32,000 bases of DNA from contig NZ_AP023215.1 in the NCBI RefSeq assembly GCF_016593155.1, positions 330,001 to 362,000 on the forward strand. Reading direction: 5' to 3'. This document shows, one piece after another, positions 1 through 8,087 of the stretch. The position numbers and the translations under genes are program-made. This stretch comes from Candidatus Saccharimonadota bacterium. Its GTDB lineage: Bacteria > Pseudomonadota > Gammaproteobacteria > Burkholderiales > Burkholderiaceae. The notes under the pieces were generated by a model. It was not told the origin of the DNA, did not search any database, and worked only from the letters and a program-made list of their open reading frames with translations. The stretch's first letter is position 1. The number at the start of each line of letters is the position of its first letter.

Positions 1-69
1 AATATGGTTATTAATATTTTATATTAATTTCTTAAAATATTGATTTTTTAAATTATAAATAATTTTATT

Positions 70-918
70 ATGCGCAATACTTTATTATTAGTAGATGGTT
101 CTAGTTATATATATAGAGCATTTTACGCGTTACCTGATATAAGAAATATAGATAATTTTCCAGTTGGCGCGTTATATGGTACAATAAACATGTTACGTAA
201 ATTATATAAAAATTATCAGGCAACTTATATTGCTTGTATATTTGACGCGAAAGGAAAAACCTTTAGAAATATTTTATATCCAGCTTATAAAGCTACGCGA
301 AAAAAAATGCCATATAATTTAATTTTACAAATTAAGCTAATTCACACAGCGGTACGTGCAATAGGTTGGCCAATTTTAATAATGAAAGGAGTTGAAGCTG
401 ATGATGTAATTGGCACACTCGCTAAGCAGGCGATCATTAAATATAATTTAAAAGTTATTATCTCAACTAATGATAAAGATATGGCACAATTAGTAAATAA
501 TAAAATTATTCTTATTAATAATAATAAAATATATGATCGTACAGCTGTTATTTCTAAGTTTGGTGTGTCACCAGAAAAAATTGTTGATTATTTTAGTTTA
601 ATAGGTGATGTATCAGATAACTTACCTGGAGTTAAAAAAATTGGACCTAAAACAGCTATTAAATTATTAAATCAATATCATTCTTTAGAAGGTATTATAA
701 AGAATTCCAATAAAATTAAGGGCGTAATTGGAGAAAATTTACGGTTTTCATTAAATTGGTTACCAAAAATAAAAAAATTATTAACAATAAAGACGGATTG
801 TAATCTTACTGAAAATATAGTATCAATTCCAGAATCCTTAATTATTCAACCTAAAGATGAAAAATTATTGATAAAATTATTAAATCAATATAAATTAAAA
901 GAAAAATTTTTATATTAA
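70..918 (+). CDS. 5'-3' exonuclease, equivalent to the N-terminal FEN-like domain of DNA polymerase I only; no polymerase (Klenow) domain
   Basis: 282-aa ORF. MRNTLLLVDGSSYIYRAFYALP at the N-terminus and the H3TH-like GDVSDNLPGVKKIGPKTAIKLL are collinear with the Pol I 5'-3' exonuclease domain. The C-terminal LLIKLLNQYKLKEKF aligns with the end of that domain in E. coli PolA (LLGLFKKYEFKRW). The ORF stops there, followed by a 155-bp AT-only spacer and an unrelated gene. Confidence 0.9.
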   Translation: MRNTLLLVDGSSYIYRAFYALPDIRNIDNFPVGALYGTINMLRKLYKNYQATYIACIFDAKGKTFRNILYPAYKATRKKMPYNLILQIKLIHTAVRAIGWPILIMKGVEADDVIGTLAKQAIIKYNLKVIISTNDKDMAQLVNNKIILINNNKIYDRTAVISKFGVSPEKIVDYFSLIGDVSDNLPGVKKIGPKTAIKLLNQYHSLEGIIKNSNKIKGVIGENLRFSLNWLPKIKKLLTIKTDCNLTENIVSIPESLIIQPKDEKLLIKLLNQYKLKEKFLY

Positions 919-1073
919 TTAATATTTAAATATTTATTACTTTTTAAAAATGTGTAATAATATCATTAATTATAAAAAAGTTATAATAGTTATGTAATTA
1001 AGCTATTTTACGATTTTAAAAAAATTTAGTATTTTAAAATTATCTAATTCAATTTAAATCATATAAAAATATT

Positions 1074-1814
1074 ATGACTAAACAAAAAAAAAAAATATTA
1101 TCATCTCAAGTTGATGTTTTTAAAACTATTGATCATAATACACTAAATATACCATTAAAAAATAATGATGATAATATCGCTGATACAGATTATGATATTG
1201 ATTGTAGTGATGCTAAATCGTTACTTGATTTAACTAATCATTTTTTAATTGCTATGCCTGGTTTTTCTACTCCATTTTTTGATGGGGCAGTAGTATATTT
1301 ATGTGAACATAATACGAATGGTGCATTTGGTATTATAATTAATAAACCTACTGATATGACTATAAATATTTTATTAGATAGCGATAGTAATTTAAAACTA
1401 AGATTAGTTCCTAATACTAAAGAATTTATTTTAGAAAAAACTACAAAACCTATTATGTTTGGGGGGCCAGTTCAGATTGATCGAGGATTTGTATTACATA
1501 ATATTGTTAATGAAAAATCATCATTTTTTAATTCAACTTTAAATATAACTTCTGATATTTCATTGACTACATCTAAGGATATTTTAGAATCTTTTTCTAG
1601 AGGAGATGGGCCTTCTCAATTATTAATTAGCTTAGGTTGCTCAGGATGGGGTTCTGGTCAATTAGAGGCAGAAATTATTAATAATCATTGGTTAATAGTT
1701 GATGCTAATTCTGAAGTTATTTTTAATGTTCCGTGTGAGCAACGATTTTTTGCTGCAGTAAAATTATTAGGAATTAACCCATTAATGCTAAGTAATCAAT
1801 ATGGATATGTCTAA
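1074..1814 (+). CDS. yqgE: YqgE/AlgH family protein (UPF0301)
   Basis: From about residue 51 the ORF is collinear with E. coli YqgE (HFLIAMPG...VVYLCEHNTNGAFGIIINKP...GGPVQIDRGFVLH...GWGSGQLEAEI). A low-complexity N-terminal extension of about 50 aa has no alternative in-frame ATG/GTG/TTG. The conserved yqgE-yqgF pairing is present. Confidence 0.88.
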   Translation: MTKQKKKILSSQVDVFKTIDHNTLNIPLKNNDDNIADTDYDIDCSDAKSLLDLTNHFLIAMPGFSTPFFDGAVVYLCEHNTNGAFGIIINKPTDMTINILLDSDSNLKLRLVPNTKEFILEKTTKPIMFGGPVQIDRGFVLHNIVNEKSSFFNSTLNITSDISLTTSKDILESFSRGDGPSQLLISLGCSGWGSGQLEAEIINNHWLIVDANSEVIFNVPCEQRFFAAVKLLGINPLMLSNQYGYV

Positions 1815-2241
1815 TAATTTAATTAAATCTTTTTCTAATATTGAAATTATATTTGGTTTTGATTTTGGATTTAAAAGAATAGGAATTGCATTTGGAAATA
1901 CCTTAATAAAACATGCAAAACCTTTGAAAATTATTCATTCAATAACTAATAACGCGAAATTTAATGAAATTTCTAAATTAGTAGAAAATTGGAAACCAAA
2001 ATATTTTGTAGTTGGATTCCCGTCATATATTGATATGGCTCATGAAAAACATAAAATAGCAATAAGATGTCAACGATTTGCTAATCAATTATGTGGGCGC
2101 TATTCAATTAAAACATTTATGATTAATGAAAATTATTCATCAATTATAATTAAAAATTTTCGTAAAAAATATATAGATTCCCAATCAGCTGCTCTTATAT
2201 TGCAACAATATTTTGATGAAAAATTATATAATAAAATTTAA
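1801..2241 (+). CDS. ruvX: YqgF/RuvX putative pre-16S rRNA nuclease (Holliday junction resolvase-like)
   Basis: 146-aa ORF. IFGFDFGFKRIGIAFGN matches the N-terminal RNase H-fold motif of YqgF. It lies immediately downstream of yqgE and overlaps it by 14 nt. Confidence 0.88.
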   Translation: MDMSNNLIKSFSNIEIIFGFDFGFKRIGIAFGNTLIKHAKPLKIIHSITNNAKFNEISKLVENWKPKYFVVGFPSYIDMAHEKHKIAIRCQRFANQLCGRYSIKTFMINENYSSIIIKNFRKKYIDSQSAALILQQYFDEKLYNKI

Positions 2242-2264
2242 TAAATTTAAAATTTTTAAGATAT

Positions 2265-3066
2265 TTAAAAATTATTTATTTGAATTATTGATCGATCTTC
2301 AAAACATAATGCTGTAAGTTTATTATCCCAAACACAACTTAATGTCTAAGCAAATAATATTAGGTTTTATTATTAATTCTAAAGTTGACCAATGTTCGAA
2401 TAGTATGGTAATATTAACTGTTTTTCTATTGGGTAAATTAAACCATGGTATATAATTAATTTTAAAATTATTATTTTTTATATTTTTTTGTAAATTTTAT
2501 TGTTCCATTTTCTTTACAAAGTCTTATGTGAGTTAATGCATTAATAATGAATTATAATTTATCTATTTTTTAAATTATTACCTCAATTTATTAAATAATT
2601 ATTATATAATTTAAAAATTTTTCCAATAAGATTTTCTTAATATTTTTTCTGCTTCATAAGATAATTTTATGGTTTGTTGAGCCGTCCATTATTTAGTTAT
2701 TCCAGAATGGATCATAAGATATTTTTTGTAATATATAGCCAATGGTTGTGTACATAACCAAGATATTAATTTTTTTTTATCCGGAGCATTAAGATATCAT
2801 CAAAAGTATCAAATTTACTTTTTTTATTAATATTAATAAAAACACATCTAATAAATGTATTTCGTGATTTCCTAAAACTATTTTAGCATGATTTCTTATT
2901 AAATAAACTATTCATAGCGTATCTAAAGATTTAGGTCCTTTATTAATTAAATTTCCTAAAAATATAAAATTAGCTTCAGGAGATTTTTTATAAATTTTTT
3001 TTAAAAATATAGAAAGTTGTTTTTTTTGAAACTATGAACATCACCTATAATATAGGTTGTTTTCAT
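2265..3066 (-). pseudogene. apaH: Degraded apaH (symmetrical bis(5'-nucleosyl)-tetraphosphatase) pseudogene
   Basis: The minus strand from ATG at 3066 reads MKTTYIIGDVHSFKKNNFLYF*KKIYKKSPEANFIFLGNLINKGPKSLDTL*IVYLIRNHAKIVLGNHEIHLLDVF. This is collinear with E. coli ApaH (MATYLIGDVHGCYDEL...GDLVARGPGSLDVLRYV...LVLGNHDLHLLAVF). After frameshifts it continues DTFDDIL / NAPDKKKLISWLCTQPLAIYYKKYLMIHSGITK*WTAQQ / HWSTLELIIKPNIICLD / CWDNKLTALCFEDRSIIQ. There are at least three in-frame stops and several frameshifts, and no ORF survives in the six-frame track. Confidence 0.85.
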
Positions 3067-3082
3067 AAATATAAAAATAATT

Positions 3083-5671
3083 TTAAATTTTCTTAAAATA
3101 TAACATATTATCTTTGATATCAACGTATATAGTATCTTTAGCCATAAATTCTCCAGATAAAATTAATTTAGATAGTGGGTTTTCAATTTCCTGTTGAATT
3201 ACTCTTTTTAAAGGACGAGCTCCATATATTGAATCAAATCCTATATTAGCAATTTTTTTTAATGCCGCTTTACTAATCTTAAAATCTATATTCATTTTTA
3301 ATAATTTATTTTTTACAATGTTTAATTGTATATCTGTAATGGAAAAAATATTTTTTCTATTAAGAGGGTGAAAAACAATAATATCATCAATGCGATTTAT
3401 AAATTCAGGACGAAAGTATATTTTTATCTCGTTCATTACTGCTAATTTTATAATTTCTTTGTTTCCACTTTTCATTTCTTTAATTTTATTAGATCCAAGA
3501 TTTGATGTCATAACAATGATTGTATTTTTAAAATTTATAGTACGACCATGGTTATCTGTTAAACGACCATCATCTAATACTTGTAATAATATATTAAAGA
3601 CCTCGGAATGTGCTTTTTCAATTTCATCTAATAAAATTAAGCTATATGGTTTACGACGTACTATTTCTGTTAAATAACCCCCTTCTTCATATCCAATATA
3701 ACCTGGAGGGGCTCCAATTAAACGAGAAACAGAATGTTTTTCTATGAATTCACTCATATCAATTCTTATTATTGATTCTTCATTATTAAATATACATGCA
3801 GCTAATACCTTACATAACTCTGTTTTTCCAACTCCAGTAGGACCTAAAAACATAAAAGAACCATATGGACGTTTAGTATCAGATAAACCAGCACGAGAGC
3901 GCCGAATTGCATTTGAAATTGCTAAAATTGCTTCATCTTGACCAATTATTCTTTTACGCAATAAATTTTCTATATTCAATAATTTTTCACGTTCTCCTTC
4001 TATTATTCGGGCTACTGGTATCCCAGTGGTACGTGAAACAATTTCAGCGATTTCTTCAGAGTCAACTTTAGTTTTTAGTAAAGTAAATTTATTTGCGTCA
4101 GTAGAAAATTTTGTGTTTTTTTGTGATTTTTCCTTTAAGATTTTTTCTAATTTATTTAATTCTCCATATTTTAATTTTGATACGGTTTGCCAGTCACTTT
4201 TTCTAGTAGCTTCATTTATTTTTAAGCGTGTTTTTTCAATTTTCTCTTTAATTTGTTGACTATTTTGTATTAAGGTTTTTTCATATTTCCATATTTTTTC
4301 TAAATTAACGTATTTTATTTCTAATTTAGTAATTTTTTCTTCAATGAGTGATAATCTTTTTTTTGACGATTCATCATGTTCACGTTTTATAGTTTCACGC
4401 TCTATTTTAAGTTGAATTAATCGTCTTTCTAATTTATCCATAATTTCTGGTTTAGAATCTATTTCAATTTTAATTTTAGCCGCAGCTTCATCAATTAAAT
4501 CAATTGCTTTATCTGGCATAAATCTATCAGCAATATAACGATATGATAATTCTGCTGCTGCCACAATAGCGGGGTCAGTAATTTCAACACCATGATGAAC
4601 TTCGTATTTTTTTTGTAACCCCCGTAAAATTGAAATAGTTGTTTCAATATCCGGTTCTTCTATTAAAATTTTTTGAAAACGACGTTCAAGTGCAGCATCT
4701 TTCTCTATATATTTACGATATTCATTAAGTGTGGTAGCTCCAATACAATGAAGTTCCCCGCGAGATAATTCTGGTTTCAACATATTACCAGCATCTATAG
4801 CGCCTTCTATTTTACCCATTCCAACCATAGTATGTAATTCATCTATAAAAATTATAATATTTTTTTGATTATTAGATATTTCTTTTAGTATTTTTTTTAA
4901 GCGCTCTTCAAATTCCCCTCGATATTTTGATCCAGCTAATAATAGAGCTATATCTAATAATAAAATTTTTTTTGATAATAAGCTATGCGGAACTTCTCCG
5001 TTTATAATGCGTTGCGCTAATCCTTCTACAATAGCGGTTTTACCTACTCCAGGTTCTCCGATTAAAACGGGATTATTTTTACTTCTTCTTTGTAATACCT
5101 GTATTGCTCGTCGAATTTCATCATCACGACCAATTACAGGATCTAATTTTCCTGATCGAGCTTTTTTAGTTAAATCTATTGTATATTTTTTTAAAAATTC
5201 TCTGCGTTCCTCATCTTGTTGTGACAAAATATTTTTTCCTTTCCGGGTTAAAAAAATTGTATTTTTTAAAGATCTATAATTTAAATTATAATTACGCAAT
5301 AACCTTCCGGCTTGCGATTGACATAAAAAAAATCCTAATAACATTATTTCACTTGAAGTATAATTGTCATTATATTTTTTTGCTTCTTTATTTGATATAT
5401 TTATTAATTCAATTAATTCTTTTCCAATTTTTGTTTTATAATTATTTCCAAATATTTTAGGTAAATAAGCTAATAAATTAATTAATTTTTTTTTTAATAA
5501 AAGTATATTTATACCAGAACGTTGCAAAATAAAAAGAATAAAAGAATTTTTTTCTAAAAATATAAATAATAAATGTAAAGATTCTACATAAAAATTATCA
5601 TTATTAATTGCCAAATTTTGAGCGTCAACTAAAGATTCTTGTAATTTTATTGTTAATTCATTAGAATACAT
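3083..5671 (-). CDS. clpB: ATP-dependent chaperone (disaggregase) ClpB
   Basis: 862-aa ORF with two AAA+ modules (Walker A GEPGVGKTA and GPTGVGKTE), a long coiled-coil middle domain and a Clp N-domain. An AGGAGA Shine-Dalgarno lies about 6 nt upstream of the ATG. Confidence 0.97.
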   Translation of the reverse strand: MYSNELTIKLQESLVDAQNLAINNDNFYVESLHLLFIFLEKNSFILFILQRSGINILLLKKKLINLLAYLPKIFGNNYKTKIGKELIELINISNKEAKKYNDNYTSSEIMLLGFFLCQSQAGRLLRNYNLNYRSLKNTIFLTRKGKNILSQQDEERREFLKKYTIDLTKKARSGKLDPVIGRDDEIRRAIQVLQRRSKNNPVLIGEPGVGKTAIVEGLAQRIINGEVPHSLLSKKILLLDIALLLAGSKYRGEFEERLKKILKEISNNQKNIIIFIDELHTMVGMGKIEGAIDAGNMLKPELSRGELHCIGATTLNEYRKYIEKDAALERRFQKILIEEPDIETTISILRGLQKKYEVHHGVEITDPAIVAAAELSYRYIADRFMPDKAIDLIDEAAAKIKIEIDSKPEIMDKLERRLIQLKIERETIKREHDESSKKRLSLIEEKITKLEIKYVNLEKIWKYEKTLIQNSQQIKEKIEKTRLKINEATRKSDWQTVSKLKYGELNKLEKILKEKSQKNTKFSTDANKFTLLKTKVDSEEIAEIVSRTTGIPVARIIEGEREKLLNIENLLRKRIIGQDEAILAISNAIRRSRAGLSDTKRPYGSFMFLGPTGVGKTELCKVLAACIFNNEESIIRIDMSEFIEKHSVSRLIGAPPGYIGYEEGGYLTEIVRRKPYSLILLDEIEKAHSEVFNILLQVLDDGRLTDNHGRTINFKNTIIVMTSNLGSNKIKEMKSGNKEIIKLAVMNEIKIYFRPEFINRIDDIIVFHPLNRKNIFSITDIQLNIVKNKLLKMNIDFKISKAALKKIANIGFDSIYGARPLKRVIQQEIENPLSKLILSGEFMAKDTIYVDIKDNMLYFKKI

Positions 5672-5775
5672 TTAGTTCTCCTAATTTTAAATTTAAAAAT
5701 TAAGAAATATTTTATAACTATTAAAATTTATTATAATTTATAATTATAATAACTGATATAATTATCTTTATTTTA

Positions 5776-7266
5776 TTATAGTTTAAAATATTTTTTGATA
5801 AAATTATAACGTTTTAAAGTGTTTATTTTAGATAAACTTTGTTCCAAAATAGGTTTTGGATAATTTTTTCCTAAGATAATTCCAGCTTTTTCTAATTTAG
5901 AAGGACTTACTTCCCAGGGAGAGTGAATATATTTATTTGATAATTTTGATAATTGTGGAAGATATTTACGAATAAAAATTCCTTGAGAATCAAATTTTTT
6001 AGATTGAATAATTGGATTAAAAATACGAAAATATGGTTGAGAAGAACAACCAGAAGATGCTGACCATTGCCAATTACCATTATTAGATGCTAAATCAAAA
6101 TCATTTAACTTATTTGCAAAATAATTCTCCCCCCATTTCCAATTAATACCCATATCTTTTATTAAGAAACTTGCAGTTATCATGCGTAGTTTATTATGCA
6201 TGTAACCGCTTGAATTTAATTGAATAATAGCAGCATCAATTAATGGATAACCAGTATATCCTTTACACCACTTTAAAAAATTTTTTTTTGCACAATCATT
6301 GTTTTCCCAAAGAATATTATCATATTCCTTTTTAAATGATTTATTTATTACATTTGGGTAGCAATATAAAATCATTTGATAAAAATCACGCCATATTAAC
6401 TGAGATAACCAGGTAAAATATCCAATACAATTAGTTTTAGAATATTTTTTTATGAATTTAAAAATTAGTCTTACTAATTTTCGAATTGATATTGTACCAA
6501 ATCTTAAATGTATAGATAAATAAGAGGTCCCATAAATATAAGGATAATTTCGAGTTGTATTATAATTTTTAATTTTTTGAATAAAATTATTTAATAATAT
6601 TTTTGCTCCAGACATTCCGGTTTGAATTCCTAGAGCAGATAAGTTACTTTTACAAAATCCAATTTTATTCAAAGAAGATATGTTATTATTAATTTTATGT
6701 AATTTAGAAAAATTTACTAAATTATTTAGATAAGATTTAACTGGATAAGATTGTAAATAAAATTTGTTATTTTTAATTTTTTCTATCCATTTTCTTTGAT
6801 AACAAGAAAATATGGAATATGGTTTTCCTATTTTGTTTAAAATTTCATTTTTTTCAAAAATAACTTGATCTTTATAACTAAAAAATTTACATCCTATTAT
6901 TTTTAATTCTTTTTTGATTAATTTATCACGTATTATTGCTTGAGGTTCATAATCATGATTTATCATTACTGCATCAATATTGAGTTCTATAACTAATTTT
7001 TTAATTTCTTTTGAAGCAGTAGCGTGACGTATAATTAGATTGCTATTATAATTTTGTAAAATAATACTTAATTCAATAATGCTTTTGAATATGAATTCAA
7101 CTCTGCGATCTTCAATAATACCTTGAGAACGTAAAGGATTTAAGATATTTTTATCAAATATGAACACGCAATATACTTCCATACTTTGACGTAATGCATA
7201 ATATAATGCAGCATTGTCTTGTATACGAAGATCACGACGAAACCAAAATAAAGTTTTTTTAAAAAT
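5776..7266 (-). CDS. phrB: Deoxyribodipyrimidine photolyase (class I CPD photolyase/cryptochrome family). The 5' end is extended beyond the ORF-track ATG (7182) to an ATT codon; the start is uncertain.
   Basis: The C-terminal FAD domain is collinear with E. coli Phr (TGYPLIDAAIIQLNSSGYMHNKLRMITASFL...NWKWGENYF...NNGNWQWSASSG...PYFRIFNP). The frame stays open upstream of the ATG and encodes YIKIFKKTLFWFRRDLRIQDNAALYYALRQS, the conserved photolyase N-terminal motif, back to a TAA at 7276-7278. The only start-like codons there are ATT (7264-7266) and ATA (7270-7272). Confidence 0.85.
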   Translation of the reverse strand: MFKKTLFWFRRDLRIQDNAALYYALRQSMEVYCVFIFDKNILNPLRSQGIIEDRRVEFIFKSIIELSIILQNYNSNLIIRHATASKEIKKLVIELNIDAVMINHDYEPQAIIRDKLIKKELKIIGCKFFSYKDQVIFEKNEILNKIGKPYSIFSCYQRKWIEKIKNNKFYLQSYPVKSYLNNLVNFSKLHKINNNISSLNKIGFCKSNLSALGIQTGMSGAKILLNNFIQKIKNYNTTRNYPYIYGTSYLSIHLRFGTISIRKLVRLIFKFIKKYSKTNCIGYFTWLSQLIWRDFYQMILYCYPNVINKSFKKEYDNILWENNDCAKKNFLKWCKGYTGYPLIDAAIIQLNSSGYMHNKLRMITASFLIKDMGINWKWGENYFANKLNDFDLASNNGNWQWSASSGCSSQPYFRIFNPIIQSKKFDSQGIFIRKYLPQLSKLSNKYIHSPWEVSPSKLEKAGIILGKNYPKPILEQSLSKINTLKRYNFIKKYFKL

Positions 7267-7294
7267 TTTTATATATTAAAAATATTATTCATAA

Positions 7295-7810
7295 TTAAAA
7301 TGGAACATCATCATCTGTTTCTAAAAAATTAGATATAGGTAATGGTTGTGTTTTAAAATTTGTTTGAGATTTTTCTTTTTCGTTATTGGTATTTGAGATA
7401 GAATTTTTACGTGAAGACATTATATTAAAAAAATTATTTTCTAAATTATTAGAAATATTTTTTTCATTTGTATTTTTACGATTACCTAACATTTGCATGT
7501 TATCAGCAATAACTTCTGTAACATATTTTTCAACTCCTTCTTTATTAGTCCATTTTCGTGTTTGTAAACGCCCCTCTATATATATTTGTGATCCTTTTTT
7601 TAAATATTGTTTTACAATTTGCGCTAATTTACGATAAAAAGTAATTCGATGCCATTCAGTTAATTCTCTTTTTTCTCCGGAATTTTTATCTTTCCAATTT
7701 TCTGTTGTTGCAATACTAACATTAGTAACCGCATCACCATTAGACATATAACGTGTTTCAGGATCGTGACCAAGATTACCAATAATAATTACTTTATTTA
7801 CAGAGGCCAT
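7295..7810 (-). CDS. ssb: Single-stranded DNA-binding protein
   Basis: 171-aa ORF. It has an N-terminal OB fold ([35 protein letters not shown]...W), a low-complexity linker and the canonical acidic tail DDDVPF. Confidence 0.96.
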   Translation of the reverse strand: MASVNKVIIIGNLGHDPETRYMSNGDAVTNVSIATTENWKDKNSGEKRELTEWHRITFYRKLAQIVKQYLKKGSQIYIEGRLQTRKWTNKEGVEKYVTEVIADNMQMLGNRKNTNEKNISNNLENNFFNIMSSRKNSISNTNNEKEKSQTNFKTQPLPISNFLETDDDVPF

Positions 7811-7825
7811 ATTTTTTATTTTTAT

Positions 7826-7882
7826 AGTTGTTTTTATTTATATAATTTTAACATTAAGTTGTTTTTATTTATATAATTTTAA
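7826..7882. repeat. Two perfect 26-bp direct copies (agttgtttttatttatataattttaa) at 7826-7851 and 7857-7882, period 31 bp
   Basis: Read directly from the sequence. The copies are identical over 26 nt, and the flanking bases differ on both sides. The repeat lies 16-72 nt upstream of the ssb start, within the ssb/gyrA divergent spacer. Confidence 0.9.
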
Positions 7883-8087
7883 TTTTTTTTAATGATTTTA
7901 ATTTTCTTTTTTTAGTATATAATAATATTTATTTTAATTTATATACTTATTATATTAATAAAAAAAATTAAAAATTTTTTTAAAATATTTTTTAAATAAT
8001 ATCTAGATTTTATACTAAAATATTTTATATTAAAAATTTATAAAAACTTTTACTTAATTATCTATAAACATAAGTTTTATATTATAA

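Noticed and set aside
2265-3066. Possibility that in-frame TGA in this region reflects UGA-to-Trp recoding, as in some tiny symbiont genomes, making the gene intact
   Set aside because: The TGA aligns with Arg in E. coli ApaH, not Trp. The same reading frame also contains TAA stops and needs several frameshifts. Trp is encoded by TGG throughout the intact genes, none of them contains in-frame TGA, and yggX terminates with TGA.
3390-5460. Five plus-strand ORFs (3390-3677, 3744-3941, 4026-4259, 5007-5279, 5179-5460) of 65-95 aa
   Set aside because: All lie entirely antisense to the strongly supported clpB CDS. They are low-complexity (Phe/Ile/Leu/Ser/Lys-rich), have no recognisable motifs, and are typical shadow ORFs in A/T-rich DNA.
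5672-5775. Search for a sigma-32 heat-shock promoter upstream of clpB, and for sigma-70 -10/-35 boxes in all divergent spacers
   Set aside because: No CTTGAAA/CCCCAT-like pair is present. TATAAT-like hexamers occur every few bases in these spacers, so no promoter call is supportable from sequence alone.
7386-7637. 83-aa plus-strand ORF
   Set aside because: It is antisense to ssb with no motif support, so it is a shadow ORF.
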